A DNA stretch of 63,595 nucleotides, the filler included, from Craspedostauros australis (taxonomy: Eukaryota), in the NCBI GenBank assembly GCA_030167865.1. It is 10 parts of 10 records of this genome, joined end to end, with 100 filler letters (N's around TTAATTAATTAA, not from the genome) between each part and the next. Parts side by side here need not be neighbours in the genome. Positions count along the whole stretch, not along the records: positions 30,016 to 56,357 come from JALAGF010001777.1; positions 56,458 to 58,366 come from JALAGF010001779.1; positions 58,467 to 60,368 come from JALAGF010001781.1; positions 60,469 to 61,889 come from JALAGF010001785.1; 6 more parts are not named here. One strand, given 5' to 3'. Positions within the stretch are counted from its first letter, which is position 1. Each line of letters starts with the position of its first letter. A model generated the notes under the pieces. That model was not told the origin of the DNA. It saw only the letters and a list, made by a program, of their open reading frames with translations, and did no database searches. Shown here piece after piece: positions 49,402 to 61,889 of this stretch. A program made the position numbers and the translations under genes.

Positions 49402-52400
49402 TCTAGGATAGCTCGTTGTTTGGTATGGTATTCGTGCGTGACTGTGCGCGGAGCGAGTGCTGATCTCAGTGTTTGGGATTTTGTGGCGGCGATCGTCGAC
49501 GACAGCGTCTCACAAATTCAACCCTCAGGTTTGGAATTGGAATTGGGATTGGCCTTGTTTCGCTTTTGGAGAAGGATGCTGAGGATCTGCCGGAGGCCTC
49601 TTGTCCTTGTTTGATCGAACTTCTGAAGAATTCAATGCTGCGGAATGCAGCGGCGATCCGGTGGTGATGGTTGAGATGGGGTCCTGTCTGTACCCGCACG
49701 GAGGTGATTGGCAACGGAAGGTGACCGTATCCAGGCCGCGGTCCCTCTGTCAGGTGTTGTCCTCAACAACACCCATCACCCAACATCAGGATCCATCGAC
49801 TCCACACCCATTCATTTGCCGAAGGTGCTTTCACTGGTGATGACTTGTTCTTCGTCATGTGTCGGTTTCTTGATGTGTGTTTTGTGGATGCGTCACTTCA
49901 CGGTGGTCGGCTGAGTCATCAAATCAGTCAGACCTTCATCCGACACAACCTTTGTCATCACGCTACGACTACAGAGAGTAGATTGGCGCTGAAGATATCT
50001 CTCTGCGGGGATGAAACAAGAGATTGGATCGCCTTTGCGGAAGGGGATGCTTCTGGATGGCTTCGTACACGAAGCCGAAGAGTGATCGCACCGAACAAGA
50101 AGAGCGATCTTGATGACGTCGATTGTGAACAAGGATGGAGTACAGAGTCGTCACTGTGGGTTCTGATTCGAGAGTACACAGGCAGTTCGCAACAGCCGTT
50201 TGATGAAGCATGGCAGGACGAGAACTGTTCTGGTGGGCCGTTGCATTGCACCGCATTGCACCGCATTGAATCGTGCGGATTGGAGGGCAGCTGCAACACA
50301 AGAACCTCCTTCGATCTGAAAGGAATCTGTTCTGCACGTATGAGCATAGTACTGTAGATGTGTGTTGTACAATAGGATACAGGTTCAAACTGGCCGAAGT
50401 TGGGGCAATGGATTTAACAAAATTTCAAGCATCAATCTCTACAAGTCACAAGGATCTGATGCATTCTTGCAGTCTTGCGCCATTGATGAAGACGTCTTCG
50501 AACGATGGTGCATGGTGCATCTCAATGCAATAGAACATATTCTATTATTCTATAGTATTCTATTCTATTATATTAATGTCATGCAATGCAATATACTGTA
50601 CGCACTTGTACGGCTGCACACTATTCCATGATTGTGGTCGTACCCTATTCTTGATCATGTCATGTGGTAGTGAAAGTTCTGAAGTTGGGCGCAGCACAAA
50701 TCACGGGTGCCTTGGAGTGCACACGAATGTTGCACTTCCGCAAACCTCCCTGTCGCCCTGAGATGATTGGTCTTGTTTTGGCGCCAACGAATCTCTGCCA
50801 ACGTTCGTGTGATCCGCGATCGAAGGCGCTTCTTCTCTCTTCGTGATGCCTGTCACACCAGCAGCACTTTTTGGTTGGCTGTGCTTGATTCGCACGAAGA
50901 AACTACCGGCAATTTCCGCGATCCTTTTCCCCAGCGCCACTTGACACGCCCGATCTCCAGATTTTGCGGTTGTCAGCCAAGGGATCGAGTTGCGGTTCTG
51001 GGGAGACACGATGTCAGAATTGTTCTGGCCTGGAAGTTCTGCGCGTATTTGCGTGGCTGTTGTCGTTTCTCACATGTGGTGTGATACTTCTTGCGACACG
51101 GGGCATCCAATCAAATCTCTGGACAGGTGAAAACACCATTGGGCGTGTCTGCTTTGGGTACGCGTAGGAGCTGTACCACGAGTCGCGTCGCCGAACAGCC
51201 AATGTCATCTGCCGAAGGTCAGAATTGTACACGTAGTCGTCACGATGGAAGACGATGGAATGTTCGATTGCTTTCTGCTCCTTGCGTGTTCTTCGCTGGA
51301 ATCGATGTCGCTGGGCGCAAATGCGGCGTTTTCGGCATCTCTCTGCCTCCGTCTTCTTTGTCGGCGTCATGCAGATTCTGGAGGCCTCACGGGATGGTGC
51401 CTGGGCGACAAGACACGCAAAACAGCCAACCAAAGAGGACAAAGGAACCAGACAGACAGACACCCAACCAAGCCGCTCTCGATCAAATCACCAAAAAGCA
51501 CGAACAGGCCTCTTCAACGAACAAAATCACGGAGCAGATCCGGATGGAAGGACAGACTTTCGAGTGGGCATTCGCACTCGTGTTGACGTCGGCTTTGCGG
51601 GTGTTGTGTGGTGATGGTCTTCGGCGGCCGATGATGCGCAAGAGCGGAGCTCGCGGTACTCGTGCTGTGTTGTTCGTGGTTGCGCTGACCCTTGTTGGGT
51701 GTCGTGGCGTTGCCGAGATTGATGCCGTTTCGTTCCTGGTTCGGTGTGGCTCTCTGTCTCTCTGGTTGGTGGCGTCGTTGTTCTTCCTCTCCGACTTCCT
51801 CCGCTTGGTTTCGTTCTGTTTCTGGGATCGATCTCCCTCCTCGTCGGTGGCTCATCACCCTCTCTGTTGCGTTCTCTCCCCCTTGATCCCTCTCATCACT
51901 TCATCGATCCAGCTGTGCCCTCTTTCTTCTTCTTTGCGTCGATTCTGTCTTCCGGTGTTCTGCGTCAACCACAAAAGGAAACGATCGCGCAACGCACATG
52001 CTCAGACTCACGCAGTCGCTGAAGAGGGAAGCATCCGTAACCACATCTACCATACTGATATCGCACCGATCATCCGCGAGTATTGCTTCTTGAACTCTCC
52101 TCCTCCAATCCTCCCATTCCAGAAGTCGACAGCGTCAACAAGTATACATACACACGACCAATCATCCACTTCCGCATCCTCTACCATTACATCACATCCC
52201 ATCACATCCCGTCACAGTTCATCGGATCAACGCAGCACAATAGAACCTGACGAAGCATAACGCATTAAAACGCAACATAACAGCACATAGCAGCACATAA
52301 CAGAACGGTAAGCAATACCAACGACGATGATGGCCCAATGCAACGGCATCCTGAAACTTGAGAGGTGGAATCGAGGTGGAAGCAAATGGGCATGATCTAA

Positions 52401-54053
52401 ACGATCATTGGATTCTTTCGGAGATCGGGGGTGCTCGATTCGGCAATTCCACGTTGCTTTACGGCTTGAGCAATTTGTTCTCATCCCACTGAAGTGGGAA
52501 AGCACAGCTCTCCGAGTATGGTGAATGGGGCGCGTTGATCGCAAGTAGAGACATCAAACGCTGGCCTCAACAAGATACGAACACGATCTCGCCAAGCTCT
52601 GCCAACCAAGAGCTGGAGCTGCAGGCAGCAAAGAACGCCGAGGGTGACACATCCACACAAACGGATGGGTGGATGGATGGATGGAGAACGCAGTGGCCAT
52701 GATCAAACGATGCCCTTGGGTGTGGACAAGAGGGTGGATGTCTGTGGTGGTCGGTGATGGTCGGTGGAAGATGATGATCAATCAGAACGCGGAATTTCCG
52801 AATCACGAATCGTGTGTGGGAGGCAGACCGAGGATGAGGTTGTCGCCGTGCAGGTTGATCCAGCATCACCATGGGACATCTCCATCCAAGCAACCAGCCA
52901 CATCGACTGCTGTGCAGAGCCAATCCTTCACAATCCACATGCAGCAGCAGGATCATCAACGTCTCAAGCAACGATGCGATGTGCACACGGGAAGTGTAGC
53001 CAGCACACCAGGTTCAGGAAGAGCACAAAGCCGCCTGCGAAATACACGGAAACTGTGGACGCAGGCCAGCTGGTCCAGCACATCGCAAAGAAGACCTCGT
53101 CACAGCCACACCATCTCCTTCAGCATTCCCGCCGCTACCCTCCCTGTCCCAAGTCAATGAGTCGATCCATCTCTCAGCAACAAGCCATCCATGCCTACGT
53201 CCATCCGCCTATCGAACCAGCGTTTGTCACCACCAACACCACCCCACCTTTCAAACCTATCGGTACTACACCCCAACACAAGTTCCCATCTCACCTTCTC
53301 CCAACACCACCTTTGGCCCCCTCCCCCTTCAATCGCATGTCTTCATCTTCATCAACACCTACCTTGTACTGCACTATTCTGCACATCACTGATATCTTTT
53401 GCTCACAACCAATACACTACGCGATACATTCCAAACCCAAACACGTCCGTGTTTGCTGTTCGCGCCATGTATCCGACCTCTTGTCGGCACTTCAATTGCA
53501 ATCCAATTGAACCCCATGATACCATACAGCCCCCTTGACAGATCTGCTATACCATACAAGCACAGACTTATCACGGATATCAAGCGCGCGACACCACTGT
53601 ACCCTACACAAGATAGACCCATAGACCAAAGAAGCACCAAGCAAGCACCAGCGCCCCCAAAGCAAACCGAAACAGAAGCACGAAGAGAGAGAGAGAGAGG
53701 ACAGATCAAGATCAGATAAGACAGACAATGAAACAGCAGCAATAAGCAGCCCAAGCGGCAAAGAAAGAGAACGAACCGACGCACCCGTGCAAGCACATCT
53801 GCACATACTCAGACACGGCACGCATCTACCAACACTTCTACGGGCACATCCATTCCATCAAAACAGGACAACCGGCAGCTTTTCCAACCCGCATCACCAA
53901 TCGCATCCTACATACCACGTCCCTGCCGTCGACCTTTGGCAACACTGCGAACTTCTCAAGATTGATCTGCACCAGACAAAGATCACGGCGAGAGACAGAG
54001 GGAGAGGTGACAAACCAGACTCCGGCGTTTGAACCACGTCCGAATCTGAACAA

Positions 54054-55565
54054 ATGGAAGCGACACCACAACAAGCCGCAGAAGGTCTGGCCATTGTTAA
54101 GATACTGGCGGCAGTCCTGGACAGACTAGTGTGCACCAATGCAAGCCACGCGCAGACGGACCCAGGGCAAATTAGCAAGTTCCACGCACTCAAGGCGCCT
54201 GGAATTGGAATTCAGCAGTATCTGGAAAGGTAAGGAAGGAACCACTATGAACATGATGATGAATGCTTGCGTGAGGAGGCCTCGATCAGATGATGAGCAA
54301 CAACCGTGCGGATATCCGAATCGGGCTCCCAATCATCAGTTGGTGCCTCATGTCGTCGTTCATTACTGCCATCTGGAGATGATCAGCAAATGCTCTGCCT
54401 GCTTCTTCAAGAGTGCCTCCGAAGCCTGAACGTGTGCTACACCTTGCTGCAGCCATGCCGACACTGCACGTGCGCTACCTCAACTGAACTTCCACTCAAC
54501 ATCTGAACCGCTTCCTTTCACTTCATGCACATGCCCTCATGCCTTGCCTACTCGACGCGTTTTGACACTGCCAACAACAGAATACACCGGTACGCGTCCT
54601 GTTCGAACGAATGCTTCATCCTTGCCCTCATCTACATCGACCGGCTGATCCAGAGGAACAACTTCCTGCTGACTGAGCTGAATGTCCACCGAGTGGTCAT
54701 CACGGCGATACTCCTGGCAGCCAAGTTCTTCGACGATGCCTACTACAACAACGCGTACTACTCGAAGGTCGGCGGCGTCCTGGTCAGCGAAATGAACGGC
54801 CTCGAGGTCGACTTCCTCTTCCGCATCAACTTCAGTCTCCATGTGACGCCCGACGTCTTCAAGAAGTACAAGGATGAGCTGTTATCGCACTGCGTCGCTG
54901 CAGGCATCCAGCCCCAACAGCTCCAGCAGGTGCGAGAGGACATAGCTCCGGCCACCCAGCAGCAGGTCATCCATGCCGTTCAGCTGACCACCAGGACGCC
55001 GGTACCGCCTCCAGCCGTCACTGCGTCACAGTTTCAGACAAGGCAGATACCATGCCCTTCGGGTATGGCTGTCCAGCCACCAGCGCCGTCACAGATAACT
55101 CCATCGTCATCACATTCCACGCCATCCGCATCGAACATCCGATCACAACACCAACTGCAAAAACAGCCGCCAACAGCGATGTACGATGGTCATGAAAACA
55201 TCGTCAGTCACAACAGCAGCACCACCGTGGCGGCAGTTGCTGCTGCAGCCGCAGACATGTACTTCCCCAACAACTTCCAACACAACCCCCTCCTGCAACG
55301 GGCCAACTCTATGCCGGTCCAAGCCGGTCCCCAAAGATGTGCGCTGAACCCACCCTTCAGTGCGCCCATGGTACCGATGATGACCAATACGATCGACAAT
55401 GACTCCTTCCTGGTCGTTGACAATCAGATATACCCGATACAGAACGCCCTCATCCATCACCACCACGGTTTGAAGCAGTACCAGGAATCAACAGCGTTTC
55501 AGGTGCAGCAAGATGGGGCTTACCATCAGATAAACAGGGATTCGTTGGTGGCAGGGCATTACTAG
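54054..55565 (+). CDS. P/U-type (Pho80-like) cyclin; exons 54054-54229, 54581-55565
   Basis: Spliced: [40 protein letters not shown]...[52 protein letters not shown]; long Gln/Pro/Ser tail. Confidence 0.93.
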
Positions 55566-56457
55566 ATTGCTTGCTTGCGTACTTGGTCGGTTGACTCACC
55601 GCCAATACGGTTGCTCTCTCTATCTATCTCTGGAGATAGATGATACCCACCCCAACACTTGGTCACTCATTTGATGGCTGCGCTGACCTTTGTAACTTAC
55701 CACACCAATAACTTCGTGGAATAACTGTAACATTAGCGTTAGACATGCTACTCCGCGAAACCCATAGCACATATGATGAAGGTGGGACGGCCGGATCCCT
55801 TTCCGATGCACCAGGGCAGTCCGTGCTTCACCAGCCTGGAGCGTTGTTCCTTGCCCTCTATTCCCGGTTGTGCGATCATGATGTACATACGGCCCCATTC
55901 AGGATAGAATCGTACGTTTTTGCGGATTTGACATCGTAACACGTGATATTTTTAGAACATGATTTTTCGTGTTGTCCATTAGGGTTAGATATATTTAGCT
56001 AGCTTCTACGACACAAATACCTGGCTGACTTGTCTTCGCCGCGGACAGAATTGATGACGTCTTTGACGGTCGATATCAGACGGCAATGGAATCCAATGTT
56101 GTGGATGGTGACGTTGTCGCAGATTCGGTGTTGCCTTGATTCCTTGCGTTGTTGGTGATTTGGTTCTGTTGTGTGCTTCCTCGTTTGTGTGTGTGTTGTG
56201 TCAAACAGCACAGCGTTGGTGGTAGCGTCCCTGCACGTCCATGTTCACAGCAACAGCAACACTTGCGAATACCACACAGCACAGTATTATATAATGTAAT
56301 GGATCACAGTGGCTTATCCTGTGGTATGCAAAATATTGTATAATATTCTACTATTTANNNNNNNNNNNNNNNNNNNNNNNNNNNNNNNNNNNNNNNNNNN
56401 NTTAATTAATTAANNNNNNNNNNNNNNNNNNNNNNNNNNNNNNNNNNNNNNNNNNNN

Positions 56458-57529
56458 ACCGACTCATAGTCGGAGACTGAATCTACGAAACAGATTGAAG
56501 CGCCGAGAGCATCGGGCAAGAGAACGGGCGTACACCGAGAGGATCGGAGTAACCAAGTAATGAAATAGCAAACAGACGACTATCAACCAACACCATCTTC
56601 CACGATCGTAGGTTACCGTGAGCGGAACTTGCCAACACGTTTATAAACGATAGATCAGGGCAAGCCCGCGAATCGGATCGTGCGAGGAAGACGAACATCA
56701 TTCAAGAGCAGCAGGCTGAATGAGCAAGGAAGAGGAATTGAAAGACATCCCTCTGTCCAATCCGACTATCAAGAGAGAAGAAGGTGCGAGTGAGACTCCA
56801 CCACGAGAAGAGAAGGAAGCAGCCGCAGCTACTGTCCTATCAGGCGCAGACGCAGGCGCGATCGACGAGACCGAAGAAGAACGGTCTGCAAGACTATACC
56901 GCGAGAAGGAGAGGATCCTCAAGGCGATCAAGCAAGAGGAGACTGGTGTGACGAAGAGCGTTCGCACATTTCGAGATGTACATGTGAGTATACGTCAAGA
57001 TGTACGTGTATATGTGCATCGTTCACCCGCTATTCTCTCATACGCACTTCGACGGTATAACTATACTCGTGTCGATAGTATGCTGCGATTCGTCAGAATT
57101 ACAGGGGAAATGGAACACACAAAAAGGGGCAAGATTTCTGGAGGAAATCTGCAAATAACGATTTCTGGGAGAATCAGAAGATCGTCCGTCCATGCATCAA
57201 TGGTACCAAGAGAATCTCGAGGTACTTCCCAACTAAACCTCAGATGACGATATCATCTGACAAGCTGCTGCATCACCAATGGAACGTGACATCTGGAGAG
57301 CAGAAGGACGCCTACTGACGTCGACAGGATGTCAACATGTCACCATGTCGACAGCTGTCTCCAAGTCAGAGCAGGAGGCGAAGATCCGATGACCCATGAA
57401 GATCATGGATACTGAAGGTGAACTTCAAATGGTAAGTACTCATGGAGTAGAAGCCAGTACTGAATGAACGGAGTGTCGAATGCGGAGCACGCATCGAGCA
57501 CGGAGTATCGTGTAGCGCAAGTACACGAT

Positions 57530-57567
<38 letters not shown>

Positions 57568-57776
57568 CAGAGAGGAGCGAGAGAGCATCTCGCATACCGA
57601 CTCATAGTCGGACGACCAAATCTACGAAACAGATTGAAGCACCGAGAGCATCGGGCAAGAGAACTGGTGTACACCGAGAGGATTGGAGTAGCCAAGTAAT
57701 GAAATAGCAAACAGACGACTATCAACCAACATCATCTTCCACAATCGTAGGTTACCGTGAGCGGAACTTGCCAACA
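56458..57776 (+). mobile_element. Short non-autonomous or internally deleted LTR element (TRIM-like): repeat copy 1 <56458-56637, internal 56638-57528, copy 2 ~57529-57776
   Basis: Two direct repeats with about 10 differences over ~180 nt, both ending ...GGAACTTGCCAACA. TGTTG at 57529 would give TGTTG/CAACA termini, but the left boundary is uncertain. No RT or integrase motifs inside. Confidence 0.78.
56969..57175 (+). repeat. ~205-bp dispersed repeat; inverted copy at ~58975-59181
   Basis: T(T/G)TCGAGATGTACATGTGAGTATA...GTGCATCGTTCACC...CGTCAGAATTACAG..GAAATGGAACACAC...GAGAAT occurs in both places in opposite orientation. Confidence 0.85.
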
Positions 57777-58310
57777 ATGTGGTATGACAGCCCTACCATT
57801 TCTGAGGAAGTGACTCTCAGATCGGACTTTGCAATGACCTGCACCTGCGGTGCTCCATTGGAGTACAAGAGGCCCTGTCTCCACATCCTGGCAGTGTTCC
57901 GCACAGATGCTGCCAAGCCCAGGAATGCACCACCAGGTGTCTTTCACTACAAGAACGTTGGTTGGTACAGCAAGGAATGGCATACTGCCACATGGTTGGA
58001 GCAACACGGAAAAAAGGTGATGCCCATCCAACGAGCAAGGGTGGAACGAAGACAATTGGTGGCAGAGAATGTGGTGCCCATGGTGATTTCTGCGAAGTCT
58101 GGTTGGAAGCGGAAAACTACCAACAACGACAATCCATCAACTGCCAGAGGAGTGCGACTGTGCCCAGGATGCGGCGAGCTCGGCCACTTCCTTCACAGTT
58201 GCCCAAAACCAATTCCATCTACCCTTGAGAAGAGCAAAAAGAAACAAGTTGACAAGATTCTTCCCCATGTGATGAACCAACTGGGAGGCAGCGTGCAGGA
58301 TGAAGAATAG
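57777..58310 (+). pseudogene. Mutator/MULE transposase C-terminal fragment (SWIM finger + CCHC knuckle), truncated by the LTR element
   Basis: CTCGAPLEYKRPCLHILAV (CxC-x(n)-CxH, SWIM) and CPGCGELGHFLHSC (zinc knuckle) in MULE order; starts right after the LTR end CAACA. Confidence 0.8.
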
Positions 58311-59301
58311 ACTAACCCATCATAGCACAATGGTATAGTTTGCCATTACATTCCCTGTAGATAACANNNNNNNNNNNNNNNNNNNNNNNNNNNNNNNNNN
58401 NNNNNNNNNNTTAATTAATTAANNNNNNNNNNNNNNNNNNNNNNNNNNNNNNNNNNNNNNNNNNNNACCAATTTTGGCACCCCTCGAATCCGCTTGGTCT
58501 CCTGAGACAATTTTGGACTTTTATCGTGGACGAATTTCCTCATGGATATCTATTGTACAGATTGAGCCAAAGAATGCTCAGCGCGGAGACTTCAAAGATG
58601 GAGGGTCGAATTTCTCGAAGAAAAGAGGCATGATCCTACCGGACTCCTGTAGAATCCTACGTGTAACCAACTGCAACCAATGAGATCAAAAAAAGTCCGG
58701 TCTGTCCGTCGTCGGAAGAAAAACCACACCAATGGGGTCAACAAACACTAAAAGATCGACTAGATAGTAGTAACAACAAGATAATGTTATTGCTTGCCTG
58801 GATAGCCCTGGCTCTTAAGTTTATGTAGATGCAAAGAGATATTCGATTGAGTGTCTATAAAACTAAGGCGGAGTTTGGGAAAAACTGATCCAAAATCTGT
58901 AACCAATTGTAACCAATTTTTGGGGTCCGGCTCTTTGAGGCACTAGTTGTTTCGCGGAGATTGATTTGCTCACAAATTCTCTCAGAAATCGTCATTTGCA
59001 AATTTCCTCCAGAGATTCTGCTCATTTTCGTGTGTTCCATTTCCACTGTAATTCTGACGAATCACAGCATACTATCGACACGAATGTAGTTGTACCGTCC
59101 AAGTGCGTATGAGAGAAAAACAGGTGAACGATGCACATATACGTGTACATCTCGACATATACTCACATGTACATCTCGACAGACCTGAGGGTCCTTGCAG
59201 ATTGCTCGGTTTGCGAGCTTAGCCTTGGGGCTTGGTCTCAATGAGACCGTGCGAGCGGTTGGCAGAGGAAGATGCTCAGAAGAGTTGGTGAATGTTATTG
59301 T

Positions 59302-59840
59302 AACCACTCTCAGCTACCAGTTGGATTTTTGTGTGCTGTTGTGACACGATCCGGAAGGGATGGCCTAGTTGACTGCCAGATTCGAGGAATCTGATGGTGA
59401 AGTCAACGTGGGGCGACCGTCTGGAGATTAGTAGTGAATGACAATGAAGTAGATTAGTGTTGTTGTGCTGATCTTGAGTTGTGCTATTTGTTATTTGAAT
59501 AGTCTGCATTGTGAGTTGATCAGTTTGGGATGCAGGATGAAGAAACGATAGTCAGTTTGAATAGTGCGGCTCTGCACTGACCTTCAGAGGTTCAGTGCTG
59601 AGGGCGGACGAGTCCTCTCTTCCTCTCTTTCTCCAGTATCTCGTCGTAGTAGTTCTACGTTCGAGTACTAAGCCTTGACACCTTGATTGAGGTTGAGATC
59701 GAGAACACAGGTTGTCAAGCCAAGGGAATTTGATGTAGGATTCCCTGCATGTGTTGAAGCAGGGAAGATCTCTTGACTGTTGTCATGCAAGGTTGTCAGG
59801 TTGTTTAGCTGACAACGGAATTCAGGTTGGCTGCATTACA
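59302..59840 (-). mobile_element. Probable 5' LTR (~59840-59340, TGT...ACA) plus primer-binding site (59319-59302) of a second LTR retrotransposon
   Basis: Minus strand TGGTAGCTGAGAGTGGTT is the complement of AA-CCACT-CTCAGCT-A-CCA, the layout of tRNA nt 59-76 of an initiator-type tRNA. LTR limits inferred only from TGT/ACA ends. Confidence 0.55.
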
Positions 59841-60664
59841 ATAGTTCAGGAGAGCATATAGTTCCCAGGGTGCCTTGATCCCATTGACTCGAATAGTATT
59901 TGAGTCAATGGTGATTCATGAGTGAAGGTGGGAGAAGGAGGGAAAATAGGGATTGTCCCGTATTTGTTGTTGGGAGGTTTTCGCGCCAAAATTTCGCGCC
60001 AAAATAATTTCATGGTGCGACAAGGAACACACTGAGTAAGAAGTAGTTGTGGGAATATTCCAATGATACGCATACTTTGTGACCTTGAGAGTGATCAAAC
60101 TGTGTCGTGAATGAATTTTGTTCCTCAATCAAATCAATCACGACTCCAGGAACCATGCGCGCCATTTTTTCAACAATGTTCCTTGTGTGTTATGTTTTAT
60201 CAAAGCACGGCGAAAGATTCTGGATCGATCGTGGATCTGGATAACTATCGACCAACCGAGCACGACCTCGGAGTGCCATCGCAACCCAAGACCAAATGAA
60301 GTACAACACGGTGTATTGCGAGGACCCAAATCGAATGAGGATGATGATCACGACGAATTACACGGGAGNNNNNNNNNNNNNNNNNNNNNNNNNNNNNNNN
60401 NNNNNNNNNNNNTTAATTAATTAANNNNNNNNNNNNNNNNNNNNNNNNNNNNNNNNNNNNNNNNNNNNAATCAAACCCTAATGTACGAGGATTTAACACG
60501 GTGACGTACGACGGCCAGACCGAAGTTTGGGTCGATTGACGGTCGACGTACATACGTTTGTATGGGCACGCAATACACACGGTCGACGTACGGACGTTTT
60601 TGTATGGAAAATGTCGATGATCCGCAACTCCCCAAAAGTGAGGGCGAATGTTCATCATCCGCAT

Positions 60665-61889
60665 CTCCCAAACAACACGAGATACTACGAGCCACGCGAT
60701 ACACCGTGTTAACCATGTACCGCACTCTACACCATGATGAGCACATGTTCACGTACATCTAAGTGTTCACGCACATGCAGCGTGTCCATACGTACACGTC
60801 AATACTTCTACCATCTTCAACGGACCTCTACAACGTGAGATATGGATGATCAAAGTACTCAACATCAACCAGTACTTGCAATACACAGTGTCATGTACAT
60901 GTAAGCACACACACATGTTCACCATGCCCATGCGCACGTGTGACAACAAGAACCACACTCTGAATCAACTTGGTGATGGAGATAGTGATGCATGTGTACA
61001 ACACAAACAACATGTGATAACACGTGCAACCGTGTTAATGTGAGATGAACATGGTCAATGGCAGATGAACATGGTTAATGGCGGATGAACATTGTCAATG
61101 GCAAATGAACTATTGTTAACACATTCCAACTACTGGAGGATGGCACAAGTCCCATGAAATGGCTGACTTGTGGGGGAGGAGGGGGAAGTCAACAACATTC
61201 CAACTACAGGAGGATGGCACAAGTCCCATGAAATGGCTGACTTGTGGGGGAGGAGGGGGAAGTCAACACCANNNNNNNNNGAGGAGGGGGAAGTCAACAC
61301 CATTCCAACTACAGGAGGATGGCACAAGTCCCATGAAATGGCTGACTTGTGGGGGAGGAGGGGGGAGTCAACACCATCAACTGTGATACTCACACATCCA
61401 CGTGCTCACACACACACACACTGCCACACGGTACAACCTCCCAAACAACACGAGATACTACGAGCCACGCGATACACCGTGTTAAACATGGAGTGCACTC
61501 TACACCATGATGAACACATGTTCACGTACATCTATGTGTATGTACACACGCAGCGTGTCCATACCTACACGTCAACATTTCTACCACCTTCAACGGACCT
61601 CTACAGCGTGAGATATCGATGATCAAAGTACTCAACATCAACCAGTACTTGCAATACACAGTGTCATGTACATGTAAGCACACACACATGTTCACCATGC
61701 CCGTACGCACGTGTGACAACAAGAACCACGCTCTGAATCAACATGGTGATGGAGATAGTGATGCATGAGTACGACACAAACAACATGTGATAACACGTGC
61801 AACCATGTTAATGTGAGATGAACATCGTCAATGGCAGATGAACATTGTCAATGGCAAATGAACTATCTGTCAACATCAAATGAACTATT
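60665..61889. repeat. Nested tandem repeat: ~450-bp block duplicated (60665-61115, 61438-61889) flanking a 74-bp array (61122-61375), with ~20-bp subrepeats GATGAACATxGTCAATGGCA
   Basis: Direct alignment of the copies by eye; an N gap lies inside the 74-bp array. Confidence 0.9.

Noticed and set aside
51091..52260. 389-aa ORF with hydrophobic stretches
   Set aside because: Non-ATG start, built from low-complexity GT/CT- and CA-rich tracts, no domain signature.
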